Positions 37,801-54,859 are shown, counted from the first letter of the stretch. The stretch: 64,000 bases of DNA from Camelus dromedarius (GCF_036321535.1 NC_087436.1:122762001-122826000); one strand, 5' to 3'. The notes: generated by a model not told the origin, from the sequence alone. Numbers and translations are program-made.

Positions 37801-40800
37801 AGGGGACCAGGGAGACTGGCCGTTGGATGGGACGTAGGGTGAGAGACCCTGACCCTGAGTTTGGGGGGTAGGCCAGATACTGGGGCTGGAGAGGAAGCGG
37901 GGACTGTTTCGGGGCAAGTTCTGGGGGCGCTGAGTTTGAGATGCTCACCTGCGCTGCAGGAGGCAGGGGGGCCTGGAGCTGGGGCGCTGTCTGGCCTGGG
38001 GGCAGGGTTGTCAGGACCCCAGGCTTCCTGCAGGCACCAGGACCAGGGACCAGGGACATGCTGTGATGGAGGGGGGAGCCCAGCAACTCAGGTGAGCCCA
38101 GAGTGTGCCAGTTGTGCTCTGGTCCCTGGGAGGGTACCACACCTAGGGAGCCGTGGCTGAAGACAGGTCTCAAGCACGCAGGCAGCCTGTGGGCGGAGCT
38201 GGGCAGGAGTTGGGGCGCTCTGGGGGCTGGATCCCTTCCCCCTGCCCCATGTCTGTAAAATGAGGAGCCGGTGGGACTCCACTCACCAGGGGTGTGGGAG
38301 TTGGCCCTGCCTGCCACCGTGCCCCCCCGCCCCCGCGTTAACGCCTGCTGGCCCCAGGCCTTGCTTCCCCCAGCCGTCCTTCTGTCCCTTCCCTCCCTTC
38401 CCGGGCAGAAGGCCTCCTTTGGTGCCAGGGTCGGGGTGTGTGGCCAGCAGTGGCTGTAGAAGGTGCTGCAGGTACAGGTGGCCTGGGGGCCCTCAGCTCC
38501 CTGGGCTGACTGCTGACGCGCTCTCAGGTTGACCACGGCCCTCCCCTCCCTGGGCCCGTGCTGCCGGCCCCCTGGCCTCCCCTTATCACCTCTCAGCTCA
38601 CCCCGCCACCCCGTGTCTGGAGGCTCTCCTCTTGCTACTCTGAGCAGTGAGAGCCCTTGTGGGGCCTTTGGCTTATTTCTGGAAACAGGGTAGAGCTGAG
38701 CATTTTCACCTGTGAACGTCGGCGGCACTAGCGTGGAGCTTCTTGCGGTTGTGGCCTTGCTGTTATTTCAAGCCGGTGGACAGTCGGGTTCCTGTACCAC
38801 ATGCTGCTGCTGGGCTTGGCTCCCTTCCGGCCCCGTAGGTGCTGCCGTCCTGCCCACGGGGCACCGAGGCTGGGGCCGCAGAGGAGGAGCCAGACTCATC
38901 CCCGTCCGTCTGCAGTGCCCACCAGAGGTTGCCTCCAGTCTGCACGTTGGGCCTGAAACCTGCCTGGGGCTCTCTGTCTGTCCAGGCTGGCCTCAGAGCT
39001 CCATGCATGCTGGCTGCTCCTCTGCAGGGCAGGACACAGCCGTCCTTTGTCCAGCGCTCAGCACCAGCAGAGCAGAGCTTCCTTCTGAGGTCGTTCTCAC
39101 GGAGAGATTGGCCGGGGACCTGGCAGAGCTGGGGGACACCTGGAGTGCCCGTGGCGTCTGGTTCACTCCCCAAGCTGTAAGGACGCAGGTCCTGTGCCTC
39201 ACTCATGGGGCGTGAGCCCCAGCCCAGGGGGGTGGGAACGCTGCTGACTGCTGGGGGCCTCGAGTGACCAGGAAGGCTGGCTGGGGCACCCTCTTTGCTT
39301 TCTGGTGCGTCTGGCCTGGTTTCTCTAGGATTTAAGGAGACAGCTGGCTGGGACCCTCTGCGGGAGGGCAGCAGGCTGCGGCCAGCGGAGGTGACCGCTG
39401 CAACCTTGCCGGGGCTCCCCTGCTACTTGGGATAAGTTTGGGGGTGATTTTGGAGAGCAGGGAGCATGAAGAGATGGTGGGGTGGTCAGGCATGGGTGGC
39501 AGGTCTTTGGGGTCCCGTGGTGCTGTCTGCTGCCTCTGCCTAGTCAGGGCCATGGGTGGAAGCCCCACTTCAGCCGACACTGCCCATCCCAGCTGGGGTG
39601 GGGTCAGCAGGAGTGAGGCCTGGGCCCTAGAAAGCCCTGACCCCCAGTCCTGGCACCCCGCATCCATCACTGTCCCCTTGAGCCTCCTGTGATGACCAGG
39701 TGGAGAGAGGGGCTGGCCTCGAGGGAGGAGGCCTGGGGCCCAAGGACAGTCACTCGGGGTCCCTTAGGCAGCCCCTGGGGGCCGCGTCTTGGTTTACAGG
39801 GTGTGGGGTGATACCTGCTGTTTCACGACTCATCCAGCGCGTTCTCCAAGGAGGTAAATCAGGAGGGTCCGCCATCTGCAGCGTGCAAACGTTCCGTGTT
39901 GTTTTCTGAGAGACGTGACAAGGAGGAGCCCAGCGTGTCCTGAGGGCTCGGGCCTGGCGGAGGCTGCACGCAGAGCAGGCGTGGTGGGCACGGGGCTGGG
40001 GCCTAGCAGGTCCTGACCACCTGCCCTGGGAAGATGAGGGAGGGGAGGGGCGCTCAGCCCGGGCAGCCAGGGGGCCTGGCTGGCGGTCGGGGGTCCCCAG
40101 CGCAGGCAGCCATGAGGGAGTGAGAAGGGGACCAGGCTTGGCGCAGGGCTTCCTGCCGGCTCTGCTCTCCAGGACCCTCTCCCCCGCAGCGTGGCCCCAG
40201 CGCCCTTTGGAGGGGGCCACTGAGGAGAGAAAAGCCTGTGAGCTGCTGCTTGGCTGGCGGGGAGACACACGCCGTGTCCTTTGTGACCAGGTGTCCCCAG
40301 TGGGCAGTGACACGGTCAGGATGGGGGTTGGAGCCCCCAGCGGGAATTGAGGGGAGACGTTTGCAGACGGCGAGGCCCTCAGGCAGCGGACACCCAGCAG
40401 TGCGTCTTAGACCCCGGCTATGTGTGGCTGCGCTCAGCTGGCCTGGCTGGGGCCTGTTGGGCCAGCGCAGTCCCTGTGTCATTGAGTCCATTCAGCCAGC
40501 ATCCCGGTGCTTCCAAGGTTTGGGTCACAAAGTACATCTGCTCTCGATGCAGGAACAGAGACGCCGGAGTCTCGCCGGGACAGACTGGACGGGCGGGCTC
40601 AGGGCGTTCTGCGAGTTGAGCGTGGCTGGGGTGGCCTGGAGGGGCAGGCCCTCTGACCCCGCCGAGGCTCACAATCAGATGGCAGGGCCCGCCGCCCACC
40701 TGCATGCGGCTTGTGAGGTAGCTGGGTCTCTGAGCATCAGCTCTGTCCACTGGGTCCCGGGAAGGCTGCAGGCTGGGGTCCAGCAAAGGGGAGGGCCGCA

Positions 40801-41614
40801 CACGTTCCAGAGGCTGCAGGCCTGTCCCTGGCTGCGGTCTCCTTGTGGCCAGCAGTAGGTAGGGGGCCAGGGTGCCTGGTCCATGGTGCTGCCCTCCTCG
40901 TGGCCTGACCTCACGGTGCACATGTAGCGTTGCCAGTGCCGGTCAGTACGGCCTACCTACCCTGGCGCGTCAGGTTCAGCCCCCGTGCGGCGGTCTCAGC
41001 CGAGTGTTCGCCAGGTACCCAGGAAAGGCCGGCGCACTCCCGGGGCCTGGTCGCTCTGTGCTCGCTCCCAGCCCCATAAACCTCCTGGATCCCTGCCCCT
41101 GAAAGGCCTGGGACCCGCGTGCGCTGCCCCTCAGGCTGGGCCGTGCGGCACTTCCAGGAGGACCCTGCCTGAATCTCATGTGGGCCCCGGGGAAGCCCCC
41201 GCCTAGGGGCCTCCGTGGGGGACGTGGGAAAGTGGCCTCCGTGTCAAGGTCTGCGTCCCAAGGCCTCTTGCCTGGCGGCCTTGTCTGGGCTCCCTGCCCC
41301 TGCCCCGCAAAAAGGGCCCAGGAAGGGTTGGCCACACGAGATGGAAGCTTCCAGAACTGGCTGCAGACCCACTCCCTGTGCCCTCCTCTCTGCGCCCCAG
41401 GGCCCCTGCCTCCTAGTGTGTGCATCCTAGAGGCGTCTGGGTGGGCGTCCTGGGCACGCTGGCCAGGCCTGAATCCAGGTAGGTCCCAGCCTGGCAGCTG
41501 CAGGCGTGGGGTCGAGGACGCAGGGACAGCTCTGCCTCCACGGACCGCCTGGAGCTTGTGTGTTCCTGTCACTCCTGAGTGGTGTTTAACGTGTCTCTTG
41601 TGTTTAATTTTTAG

Positions 41615-41805
41615 TCAGACTTTGACCCGGCGCGGGCTTCGGTGGCCGCCGTGGACAGGAGCCTAGGAGCTTTGGTTCAAGACGATTAAAGCCGTGGTGA
41701 GGACGCAGTGACAGGACGCAGTTCTGCCCTGGGATTCTGAAGATAGAGCGCGTTGAAAGGCGAATTCATGGTGGTGGAAGCTGAGCCCATATTAAGAGAT
41801 GTCAG
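41615..41805 (+). CDS. CTBP1: CTBP1 alternative exon, mostly 5'UTR; last 7 nt (41799-41805, ATG TCA G) give the CtBP1-S/BARS start MSG
   Basis: Pyrimidine tract with ttttag acceptor at 41614 (a second AG at 41618); ends gagATGTCAG|gttggt. Splicing to 43160 gives [11 protein letters not shown], the known short-isoform N-terminus. Confidence 0.85.
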
Positions 41806-43137
41806 GTTGGTTGGGGCTGCTGGAGCGCGCAGCTGCTCGAGGCCGGTGCCCCGTCCCCCGGTGCGGTGGGTTAGGACAGGGCCCTCCCAGAGGGAGTGCG
41901 GCTGCATTTCTGGGAAAGAGCCCAGGGGTCGGGCTCACGTGTGCCACGTGGTTCGTTTCCGTCGAGAGGAGTCTCAAGGCTGTGAGAGCTCGGCCAGGCC
42001 GCAGCCAGAGGTTCTGCGGACTCGCTGTGGCTCTGGGCGTTGCTGCTGGGCCCCAAGACCTGGTCCGGCACCAGCTACGTGGTCGGGAGGCCTGGTGTCC
42101 GGGGCAGCCCCGCCGAGCACAGTGCCCTCCATCGAGAGTTCACCGCGCTCACTGCCGGGCCCGCCCGCGCCCCGCCGTCCTCTCCCCGGCGGTTCCGCAC
42201 AAGGCTGTGCAGCCATGTGATGGCCAGGACGCCGCCACGGACCCTGGAGGCTTGGTTCATGCACCGTGGTTGTGGTTGGATGTTTATGAAAATAAAAGCT
42301 GAGGGATGTTGGGCGGGGGGGTCACACGCTAGGCCAGGTAGCAGTTTCACGTGGAAAGTCACTGTTCTCTGCACGTCTGTGGCGCTTTGCTCTCTGCTGA
42401 CTGCGTGTTGGAGGGGTGGCCTGGACACACCGCTCCTGGGGTTCTGGTCTGCAGACCGTCGCCGTCTGAAGGTCGGGTGTGAGCGGCGTGCCCTCGGGAG
42501 CTGTGGCTGCTGGCAGGTGGCTGTGGGCCCTGGGAAGCCGTGCAGTCACCATGCCTGGGTTCTCGTCCTGCACACCTGGTGCCGCCCCCATGCTGGCTGC
42601 AGCGTGCCCGGGGCTGCGTGGGCCGTCCGCGGCCAAGCTTTAGCAGGGCTAATGTGTGTCTCCTGTGGGCCCTCACGTCTCTACCCTGGATCCACGTGAG
42701 GCGCCACTGCCTCTCGTCTGGAAGGACAAGTGTTTAATGATCCTCAACCTTGTCTTTTGGGAACGTGAGTGGTTCTGCCCGTTTTCTGGAGTTTTAACCC
42801 CCATCTAGCTCTGCACTGTTTCTTGTTCCTCAAACCTGTGTACAGGAGCAGCACTGGATGGGGCGGGGGTCCCTGTGGGGTTTCTGGGCAGCACGCTGTG
42901 GCCTCAGGCAGAGGAGAAACCATGGGCTCGTCCCCAAAGCCTGTTACTTCTGATTTGCCCGCCTCTCCTGGCATCAGGCGGGTGGCAGGGCTGCCCGGGC
43001 GGCTGGGAGCTGAAGCAAAGGGTAGTTTGTTTCCTCCTTGATTTTCAGCTCACTGTTGAGAAAGATCCTGTGTCTGGACACATGGAAATCACAGGTGCTT
43101 GGGATGGCTGCCTGGCTGCGCCGCACCGGGAGGCTGA

Positions 43138-43560
<423 letters not shown>

Positions 43561-43949
43561 TGAGTCCTTGAGAACCACGTTTCTCCTGAGACAGCCTAGG
43601 AGCTTCGGAGAGCCAGCAGGGTCAGGAAAGGCCCAGACTCCGCGGGGATGGACAGGCCTCAGCAGCCGGCCTGGCATGTGGGCTGTGCTGAAAGCAGCGG
43701 CTCTGGCAGCCTTCTGGGCCAGCCGAGGATGGAGCCTGCTGGACCTCCCCCTGGCTCTCTGCTGGGGCCCTGGAGGGAGGATGAGCCGGAACCAAGTGCT
43801 CCCTTGTGTCTGCCGTCCAGCCCGGGACGTGCACCTCAGGCCCTGAGCGTGGATAGTCGGCGACCTGCACCGCCGCCCCGGGTGGCTGGTGGAACATGGG
43901 CATGCGTTCTCTTGATGGGAAGAGACCACTGCCCTGGGCCTCAGATGGT

Positions 43950-46900
43950 CTCTATAAATGGTTTTGTAGCACAGTGTCTGTCACACAGTCTGAGGTGACC
44001 AGGCATTAGCAGAGGTGAGGACTTTGAGTGAAAGCCAGCAGAGATAAAGGTGCGAGGAGGGACCCCCGGGAGCTGCTGGGACGGCTGCTGTCACAACCGG
44101 GGCACAAAGACCGAGCTGGAGAGCAGCACGAGGACCTGCGAGTGTTCAAAGCAACGGACAGGACTAGGGGGATTCTGAGATGATCTGGAGCAAAGCTGAG
44201 AGTGAGGATTTACTGGGCAGACTTGGCAGCCAGTCGGGAATCGGGGGGCGGGAAGGGGCACAGGGCCGCAGGGTGCAGGCCCGCATGGGGAGCTGGGCTC
44301 CAAGGGCAGTCTCGGAGCTAGGGGAGGGGTGGCCAGGAGCAAAACCTGCCGAGATAAAGGCTGACGATCATCCGGAGGTGGCAGAGGACAGCGACCGCCG
44401 AGGAGAAAAGTGCGGCGGCGGCCGAGGTCTGGCCTGGCAGCCCCTCTGGGAACGGTGGCCAGCGGCCGCACACAGCACGGAGCCCTCAGTCACGCTGCCG
44501 CTGCTGCTCCCAGAGAAGCACACCACACGTCCACACAGAAAGCCACGTGTGACGTCGCAGCCGCTCTGCTCCTCGTGGCCGGAACCAGAGGGCCTTCAGC
44601 TCAGGCACAGTCCTACCCGGGAGCCCCGCTGGGCAAGAAGGCGCAGGGGCCCCGGGAGTCAGCTGTCCCCTCCCGGACAGGAGGGCAGTGGTGGAGGTGG
44701 AGGTGCCAGGTTCGGGTGCTGCTTTGTGGAGACGGGCAGTCCTGCTCTGTGTCCTGGGGTAGCGGCGAAGTCACATGGAGCTGTGCACAGATGCATACGT
44801 CTGGGCTCGTGACCCCGGGAGCCCTCTTACCATGTTGGCGACATCTCCTGAATTTTAAACTCTTTCAAACTAAAACTTGCTGTTTGAAAAACAAATGTAC
44901 AGAATGAAAGAGACTTGTGGATAGAAATTTACAAAAATCATAGGCGATATTAAAACAAGCTTTGCAAGTAAATTTGGAAACTGAGACAAAACGTTTTATT
45001 CCAAAATTGTGATGCACCCAAACTACTGGAACAAGTTAATATAAAACTTAAAGAAGCAAGGAGGATCAGGGACAGCCCTGCCTCGCCAGTGGACGGACAG
45101 CATCCCTGGCCCCCTCGCCCCCCACAGCCAAGGCCACGCCTGTCAGAGAACAGGTAAATGTGCAGGAGAAGCATTGCTGGGCAGAATGTTCCGCTTTGGA
45201 TAGAAGAGAGTGTGGAAGCCTCGCGTTGGTGTCCTTAGGTGTGAAGGTGTCTGGTGGCCCGCTGGGCAGGAGAGGAACCCAGGAGAGCAGGAGTAGCTCC
45301 TGGAAGTTACAGTGTGAGCAGAAAATGGAGGTTTTCACAGGAAGCTTGGAGAACAGTCCATGGAAGGCCAGAAGAAAGATGGAGGGGACGAGGACGAGGG
45401 AGAGGGGGCAGACCCCCCGGGGGGCCAAGCCCGGTGGGGTGGTGCAGCCCGGCCCCCGTGGAAGAGCCGCCCGGGACGAGCAGCCCCTCCCCATGCTGTG
45501 CAGCCGGGTGTGGCCACGTGACTCAGTCCAGCCAGCAGAGGTGGGGGGGGGGCTTCGGGTGCAGAGCTGCCCTTCCTGCACCTCCTGTCTGCAGGCCCTG
45601 GCTTGGGAGGAGATTCACCGTGGTTCCCCTGTCGCGTTTGGTCGGGGTTTCTGCCTCCTCACAGCTGGTTGGACGTTGGACGTTATCCAAGTGTCACAGA
45701 AGAAGAGAGAGTGGTGTGAGCACCACAGCGTGAGGAAATCTTCCGGAGCCGAGTAGGGGCTGCAGCTCTCCCACCACATACTGGGAGGAGCGTCGGGGCC
45801 CACAGACGCCCTACCTTTGGAGCTCTGGTTTCACCAAGGCCGGGGGTGGGGGCCGAGCTCAGACCAGGCCCACACTGGGCACACTGAAGCTTGCAGGAAG
45901 AGGGTCTGCAGCCCGGGACTGCGGCTTCTCACGTGCTGACCCGCTGGGGGCCTTGCTCCTCAGCCGTCCTCTCAGGCAGCTCCTTGGAGAAAATCAGGCA
46001 CCCACAGAGGGGGCGGCAGCCTCGGAAGAGGAAGGCCTGGGGTCCCTAAACGGTGGTTTGTCGAGAGGCCGGGCCAGGGTGGGAGGGGCGCTGCCCGGGG
46101 AGCCGGCTTGGTCCCCAGGGGCTGCTGTGGGAAGGACTGCAGGCCTACGGGGAGAGCATCTTGAAGGGGCCAGTGGGGGCCTCGTCAGAGCAAAGAGCCA
46201 GTCCCAGGAGGGAGGCCAGGTAAGAAATGAAATAAAAATCCAGAAAAAAATGCAGAAACAGGCTTTGTGGCTAGTAGTGGGGTGGCCGTCGGCAGGAGGG
46301 ACAGAAACCCCAAAACAGCCCCTGCCCCAGGAGACCTGAGGATACTGGGAGTGGCAGAGGACTGGTGAGCCTGTGAGCCTTGGGGTTGCCCTCATGCCCC
46401 CACGTTCAGGTCCCCGGGCACGGCTGGCGTGGGCACCCACCCTCACCGAGTGTTAGAGGAGCCGTGCTCCCTGGTCAGGACAGAACCAGATGGGGCAGGT
46501 CTGCAGGCAGCCAGCGTGTACAGGGAAGGGGCCATCTGGTTACAAGGCAGTTGAAACAGTCTCGAGGCAACACAAAACTGGAAAGCAGAGGAGTGAGGGG
46601 TGGGTGTTTGCAGCCCGTGTCTGGCCAGAGTGTTAACAGCTAAGACGTTCAGACTCCTCGATCACGAGGAAGGAGACATCCCAGCAGGAAGTGGTTGGGG
46701 GAGGGGTGCTCAGGCCAGAAGCAGGTGACACTGTCCCTGTTCCCAGGGACTCGGACTCCAGGTGCAGCCTGGCTGTCACTGCGAGAATGGGAGGCATGTG
46801 GGCTGCTGCTGGTTTGGGTGGCACTTTGGCGGTTCCGTCAGAGTCTGGAGCGTGAGGGTCTCCAGCCTGCTGTCCCTCCACGCTGAGCCGTTTGTCATTG

Positions 46901-47700
46901 AGAAACCCTGGAGCATCAGGGAGTGTCACCCCGGGCCCCTGGCTGCTTCACAGAACCCAGCTCCCGGAAGGATGCGGGAGAAGTCGCTGGAACTCCTGAG
47001 CGCAGCCATGTGTGTCCTGTGATGGCTGGAGGGGAGCCTCAGCTCCAGAATGCCGTTTCCTGGCCTTCCTTTGGGGTGGTGCCCTGTGAGTACTCCTCAG
47101 GCAGGCCCTGTTACCCTCTCTGGATCAGAGGACACCGACTCAGTCACTCACTGGTTTTGCAGCTGCTAGAGGACATTGGGGAGCTGCTGGGGTGGCTCCT
47201 GGGAGGTGGATGCCATTTCCGGGGTGTCACAATCACTTTGCAGCCACGAGAGAGAACACGAACCAGCAAGGCTTGTGGACCTGGAGTCTGGACAGAGGAC
47301 GGCGGCCCTGCAGGGGCAGGGGCTGGTCTCCGGGAGGTGTCCACTGGGAACACTTCATCTAGTGCCCTGGGGTTTGAGAGAGGACCAGGCACGAAAAAGA
47401 TAATTTACCAAGAAATGCACATGGGCGGGTCACACCCAGAAATACAAGTTCAAGTGATGGATGCAGACAGCACGTGTCACCGGGAGCATTCTGAAGTTGG
47501 GAATGCCCAGGGCTGTGCACTCAGAGCCGAGGGGAGGAGCACTGTGGACCAGAGCTGGAGAGGACCTGCAGTGACCCGCTTACTTCCCACCTCAGGGAAA
47601 GAAGCCAGCACTCGGGTTTTTACTGCAATGCGCCAGCTCCCCAGCTTTACAGACACTCGAGACAGTCATGGGCCATCTGTGTTGGACGTAACACAGGACA
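43950..47700 (+). mobile_element. Highly degraded ancient LINE-1 remnants in CTBP1 intron
   Basis: A-rich islands at 44870-45060, 46215-46320 and 47385-47470 resemble successive parts of L1 ORF2. Confidence 0.45.
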
Positions 47701-50112
47701 CCAGAGACAACGACGCCTTGAAGTGCTACGGACAGGCTGCCCCCGCACACACACCCATGCTGTGAAAGCTCCCTGTCCCGCCTGCCCAGCCCATCCTCTG
47801 CACGCGCATCTCAGCCACGGCCTACGCATGTCCAGCTGCCCAGGCCGGAGACCTGGGTTCCCGTCCGGTGCCTCCTCGTCCCGATCTGCCTGTCCCCAAG
47901 CCTGGGGCTGCCCCTCCTGACCTGTGCGTCTTAATACACATCTGTGCCTGCCCACAGTGGACGTCAGTAGATCTCTGCATGCAGCCCCTCACCTGCCCAC
48001 CTGCCTGGGGGCCCTCCTCACCAGCTGAGTCCCCCTGCCCCCGGGGCCCTCCCCGTGTGCGCTGCCCTAGCTCCGGTGACGTCTCCACTTCCTGTTCCCT
48101 CGCCCCACGTGCTCATTAGCTTCTTTGCCTCTCATGGGCTCTCACTGCTGCTCTGCCGGCACACGCTGGCCCTTACCCCACCCACACCCCGTCCCGTCAA
48201 GACGCGAGGTCTTCCCGTGCGGCCTCAATGCCTTCCCAGGGCGGTTCTCAGGACGTGGGCAGTGGGACGTTCTTGCACCTGCTCAGCAGCTCCCCGGCTC
48301 CAGCAGCTGGGAATCCTGGTGTCTGCCGGGAAGGAGGTGACTGACACATGGGCCTACGGTGCCCCATGCCTTTCTTGGAAAAGCCCTGGCCAGACTGGTG
48401 CTTGCGGAAGGGGGCCCCAGGCTCCCTCTGCCCCGCCGTTCTGCTATCTCTGCCTTGGTCCTTTCTGTGTGGTCCCCTAAGGCCGTGTCCTCCATGCCAG
48501 CCCCAAGGGAAACTGCACTCTGGGTGGCCATCCATACCAGGGCTGAGCCCAGGGCAGCTGGTCTCACTGCAGGCTGCAGTCTTGAGCCCTGCTTCCCACA
48601 CTCCACACCCCTCCATCCCACTCACCACATCAGCTCTGGTCTATGCAGCTCACGTGTGGCCCCTTATGGTCCACAGCCTCCCTTGCCCAGGGCCCCAGGT
48701 CAGCACGCCCGTCGTTGGCCTCCCTGGTCAGCACAGGCAGCTCAGTCCAGAGGCTGCAAGGACAGCCGACTCGTCCACCACGGGTTCCCAGAGGCCTGTG
48801 CATTTCACTGAATTTGAGAGGTCATCGATTGTAACATCCCATTAGGGAGGAACAAACTGCGTCCCCCAGCTACCTCGTGGATTACATGATGAGGTCGGAT
48901 GGGGTGGGCCCAGCCCTTGAGCCCAGAAATTGGGTATCTGGGGCCCTGGCTGTGGCCAGAGCAAGTCGTGGCTCAGATCGCTGTGGCCCTGCGCTCACTG
49001 CTCTGGGGTGCAGGCCCCCGCCCTCCTGGACCTGCGCCATCGCCCCCTCCCCTGTATCCCGCAGAGCCAGGAGCTCCGCCCTTAGAAGCAAGTGTCGGTA
49101 GTGGGTGGGCTTAAGAGCCAGGCGCGGGGAGGTGCCCAGGAGCAGGGTGCGCCCCACTCGGGCCGGGCCGGCGCTGGCCGAGCTCTTGGCCTTCGGGGAC
49201 CCCGGGGCTCCTCCAAGGGAGGGGGCGGGGTCAGCCCGTGCGCATGCGCAGGTAGCGGCTCCGCGTGGGGCGTGGTCCTGGGCAGGCCTCGCTGTGCCGC
49301 CCAAACTCGTGAGATGTTGGCTCAACTTGCCCACGGCTTCACCTGCAGCAGCTGCGCCTGGACACGCGGACACCGCGGGATAGGCGTCCAGGGCCGCCCG
49401 GAGCCCCGTGTGGGGGTGGTCCAGGGGCACAGAGGCAGCTCTCAGGCCGCCCTAGGGCCTGCGGCTGGCAAGGCCCCTCTCGCGGGCCGATCTCCGCACG
49501 CAAGGTCCACCCACGTAGACCCTCCTGGGGCCCCGCCAGACCTTGACACCCTTCAGGTGCCTGGGGTTGAGGGGGCTGTTGGGCAGCTGCCCAGATCGTG
49601 GCGCAGTGGGTAGTGCCCAGGGGCTGTGGCTGCTCCTCGCCCATCTGGGAGGAGTGCCCTTCCGCGTGGGACAGCGCAGGGCTGCGCTGGAGGCCGCGCC
49701 TTCTGCGCACTGAGGGGCGGGTTCGGCATATCCACCCTCCACCTGTGTGTGGAGGGGGTCGTGCTGGGCAGAGCGTGCTCGCTGCCCCAGGAGCTCTGCG
49801 CCTGCCCGCGGCTCCCGGCATCGTGGCAGCATTACCGGCCCTCGGGCTGCACTTGTTTTGGCAGCAGTTTGTCTAGGTGCCTCCGTGACTCCCACCCCAT
49901 TGGCAGGGGCTAGGGGTTACAGATGCTACTGGGCTTCCCAGCATTTTCCATCCATTGTGTCTGGTGCCCACCCACCTACGTCTTCTCTGCCCCTCCTTCG
50001 CTTCTGAGTTGTTGGGCTGGGACCCTCGGTGTCCTCGACAAGTTTCTTGTCAGAGCAGTCACCCCCAGTCACTGCTAACCTTCCAAGCTGGGATCAGGCG
50101 GCTTCCCCCTGA

Positions 50113-50901
<789 letters not shown>

Positions 50902-51859
50902 TGAGACTCGGTTCCTGAACCAGGGTGACTGTGCTACGTTGGGTTTGGCCTCCCACTTTCTCTGCTGCTCTGGTTTCGTCTCTCCTTTTCTTTTCCTGTG
51001 CCAGTTACGGCTCTGCAGTAAAGTGAGGACACGTGGGCTCAGCCCCCCGTTGTAGACAGCAGCCTCTGATGTCCTTGCTTCTAGGCTGTATCTTCAAGGC
51101 CTGCAGGGTGAAAACGGTTTCACGTTGTCTGCCGCCACCCGTCCCAGGGTTCACTCTGCCCCCGTGCCAGCCCCTGGTGCCCACGGCGACACGCACAGCT
51201 GGGATCCCCCCACCCACACTGCCACCTGTCCCTGGGCAGTGCCCCCAGGAAGGCACCTGCAGTGTCTGGGGTTTCTTCCCGTTCCCAGGGCTGGTTCTCA
51301 CTCCCTTGTGACTTCTCAGGCTCGGGATCCGTCTTTCCTCCGGGCCAGTCTGGGCTGTGCCACGTGGGCATCCTTGTCAAGGCCCCCCAGGACCTGGTTC
51401 ACTGTCCCGTGGCAGTTTTGTTCCCAAACCTGACAGATGGTCCAGGTCTGATCTCGCCCAGTGTCCCCTACACCCGCCCTGGACGTACTTCTCCTGGTGA
51501 GCCGAGGTGCTTTGGGAAAGTGGTGCGAGGTCCGTCTGCCTGTCAGACAATGTCCAGGCACTGGGGTGGCCCAAGGGTCAACACAGCGCCGTCCTGGCCG
51601 CCAGGTGCCGCTGCCTCACTGGGGAGACAGCAGGTGTGGGGGACGAGCAGATGGTGGGTGGGGGGCAGGGCCAGGTCCACGCCAGGCCGAGGCTCTAGGC
51701 GGCTCTGCTGATGCAGCTGCTTGTGCTGAGGGGCCAGTAGGACGGGGCCTTGGGGGCAGGAGGGGCGGTGCCTGTGCAGTGGTGGCCTGGCTGTGACCCC
51801 TTCCTGGAAGGTCCCGTGGCAGGTGGTCCAGGCCCAGGGCCACAGCCTGTCACAGGTGA

Positions 51860-52357
<498 letters not shown>

Positions 52358-54037
52358 TGACAGCTGAGTGGACATGGCCTTCAGGTGAGGGCCTGCTCTG
52401 AGCCTTGCCTGGCTGGGGGGAGGTCTGCTCCGTCTTCCACCCACCCGATCACTCACTCTGCAGGCAGCTATCCTGGGAATGGAGCCACATTGGGGGCCCG
52501 TTGGGGCGGGTGGCACCCTGGGGGCAGTAGGAGGTGCTAGGAGGGAGAGGTGAGTGTGGAGGGCGGGGCTATCGGGGGTCGGTGGGGGGAGCTCCTGCAC
52601 ATGAGGCCACCCTGCACTGCCCAGCGTCTTTCTTGTTTGCTTCGGAGCCCGGCCAAACCCAGCCTGCCTGAGAACTGCCACCCTGTCCACCTGGGACTCC
52701 CCGGCATGCTGTTTCCTGAGGGTTCTCCCCCACTGACCGCCCTGTCGGCTGTCCACAGCAAAGGCACCGCCTCGCGTAGCAATGGGGGAATTTCGGAGGC
52801 ATTTTGGGTCATCTCAGTGACGGACATGCCTACATTAGTGCAGGGAATTGGGGTCACTGACATCTGTGGGCCATGGGGGTGTCTCCCCAACACGAGTCAC
52901 TGTCCTGCTGGACGTGTGCACACGGACGCCGCACTGGTCAGAGCCCCATAGCCCTGTGAGCACCGTGCACCCAGCACTTAGGCTCCAACTCCCCAGACGC
53001 ATGGGAAGGTCTGAGGGCAAGGACGGCACCTCCCACCCCAGGGCCCCCGCCCACACGGTTGAAGAAGTGAGCAGAGCGGGTGTGCCTGGCCAAGTGGATT
53101 TGGGGCTGAGTCATCTCTGTGGGTGGCTTTGGTCACGAGACTCAGTGGGGCCCAGTGTAGGGGTGACCACCCGGGAGGGCTGGGTGGTCCCCAAGTCTGC
53201 CTCTCATCCAGTGCCCGGCCCGGCTGCCCTGGGACCGTGGCTCCTGCTCGCGGCTCAGGCCCTTACCTCGCCCCCCGCCTCGCCCCCTGGTGACCCTGGA
53301 ACCTGTGCTCTGGTTCCTCGCTGCCCGAGAGCAGAGCGTCCCTTCCATGGCCACAGGGGCGGAGAGTGGAGAAGCACCTGCTACAGCTGTGGTCACCGCG
53401 GCGCTGCTCCACATTCAGATGCTACCCGCGGGCCCCGGAAAGGAAGGGGCCCCAAGGCAGCTGCAAAACATGCTGAAAGCGATTTGCGCTCTTCACCTAC
53501 TTTCACAAAAGTGGAAACCTGCTTCGGGTTTCCTGGATTCTTGGAACAGGGCGCTGACGCAGGTGAAGGGGCGCGAGGTGACTGCGGGTGCCCGATCCTC
53601 GGCCCCTGAGGCTGGATGCCCTGGCAGGACCCAGGCCCCTGCTGCCCGGCCTCGCGGGCTGGCGCCCCTCCTGGGGGTCTCTGTGCCGGCGCACTTCCAC
53701 CTTCGCTGAAGTCCGAGGCTCTGAGGGAGCGGGGCTCCGCGAGGGGGTCCCTAAAGGAGCTGCTCTGCTGTGGCCAGGGCAGAGCGCCATCCCAGGGAAG
53801 GGCTCTGAACACCCCCTGACCCCTGGCCTTTGTGGGGGTCGAGGTCAGGGGGTTCAGCCTCCAGGGTGCAGGGACAAATCCTAACACCACCGCCCCCACC
53901 CCACTGCCCTCTCCTTTCCGAAGCCCTGTCCTGCCCCCCTCGGCCCCCCCCCCCGCTCAGCTTCTGGGAACCGGCGCCTTGGGGTCACCCTGGGCAGATG
54001 GAGAAGCCGGGGCGGGGAGGTGCACAGCGCATGGTGA

Positions 54038-54859
<822 letters not shown>

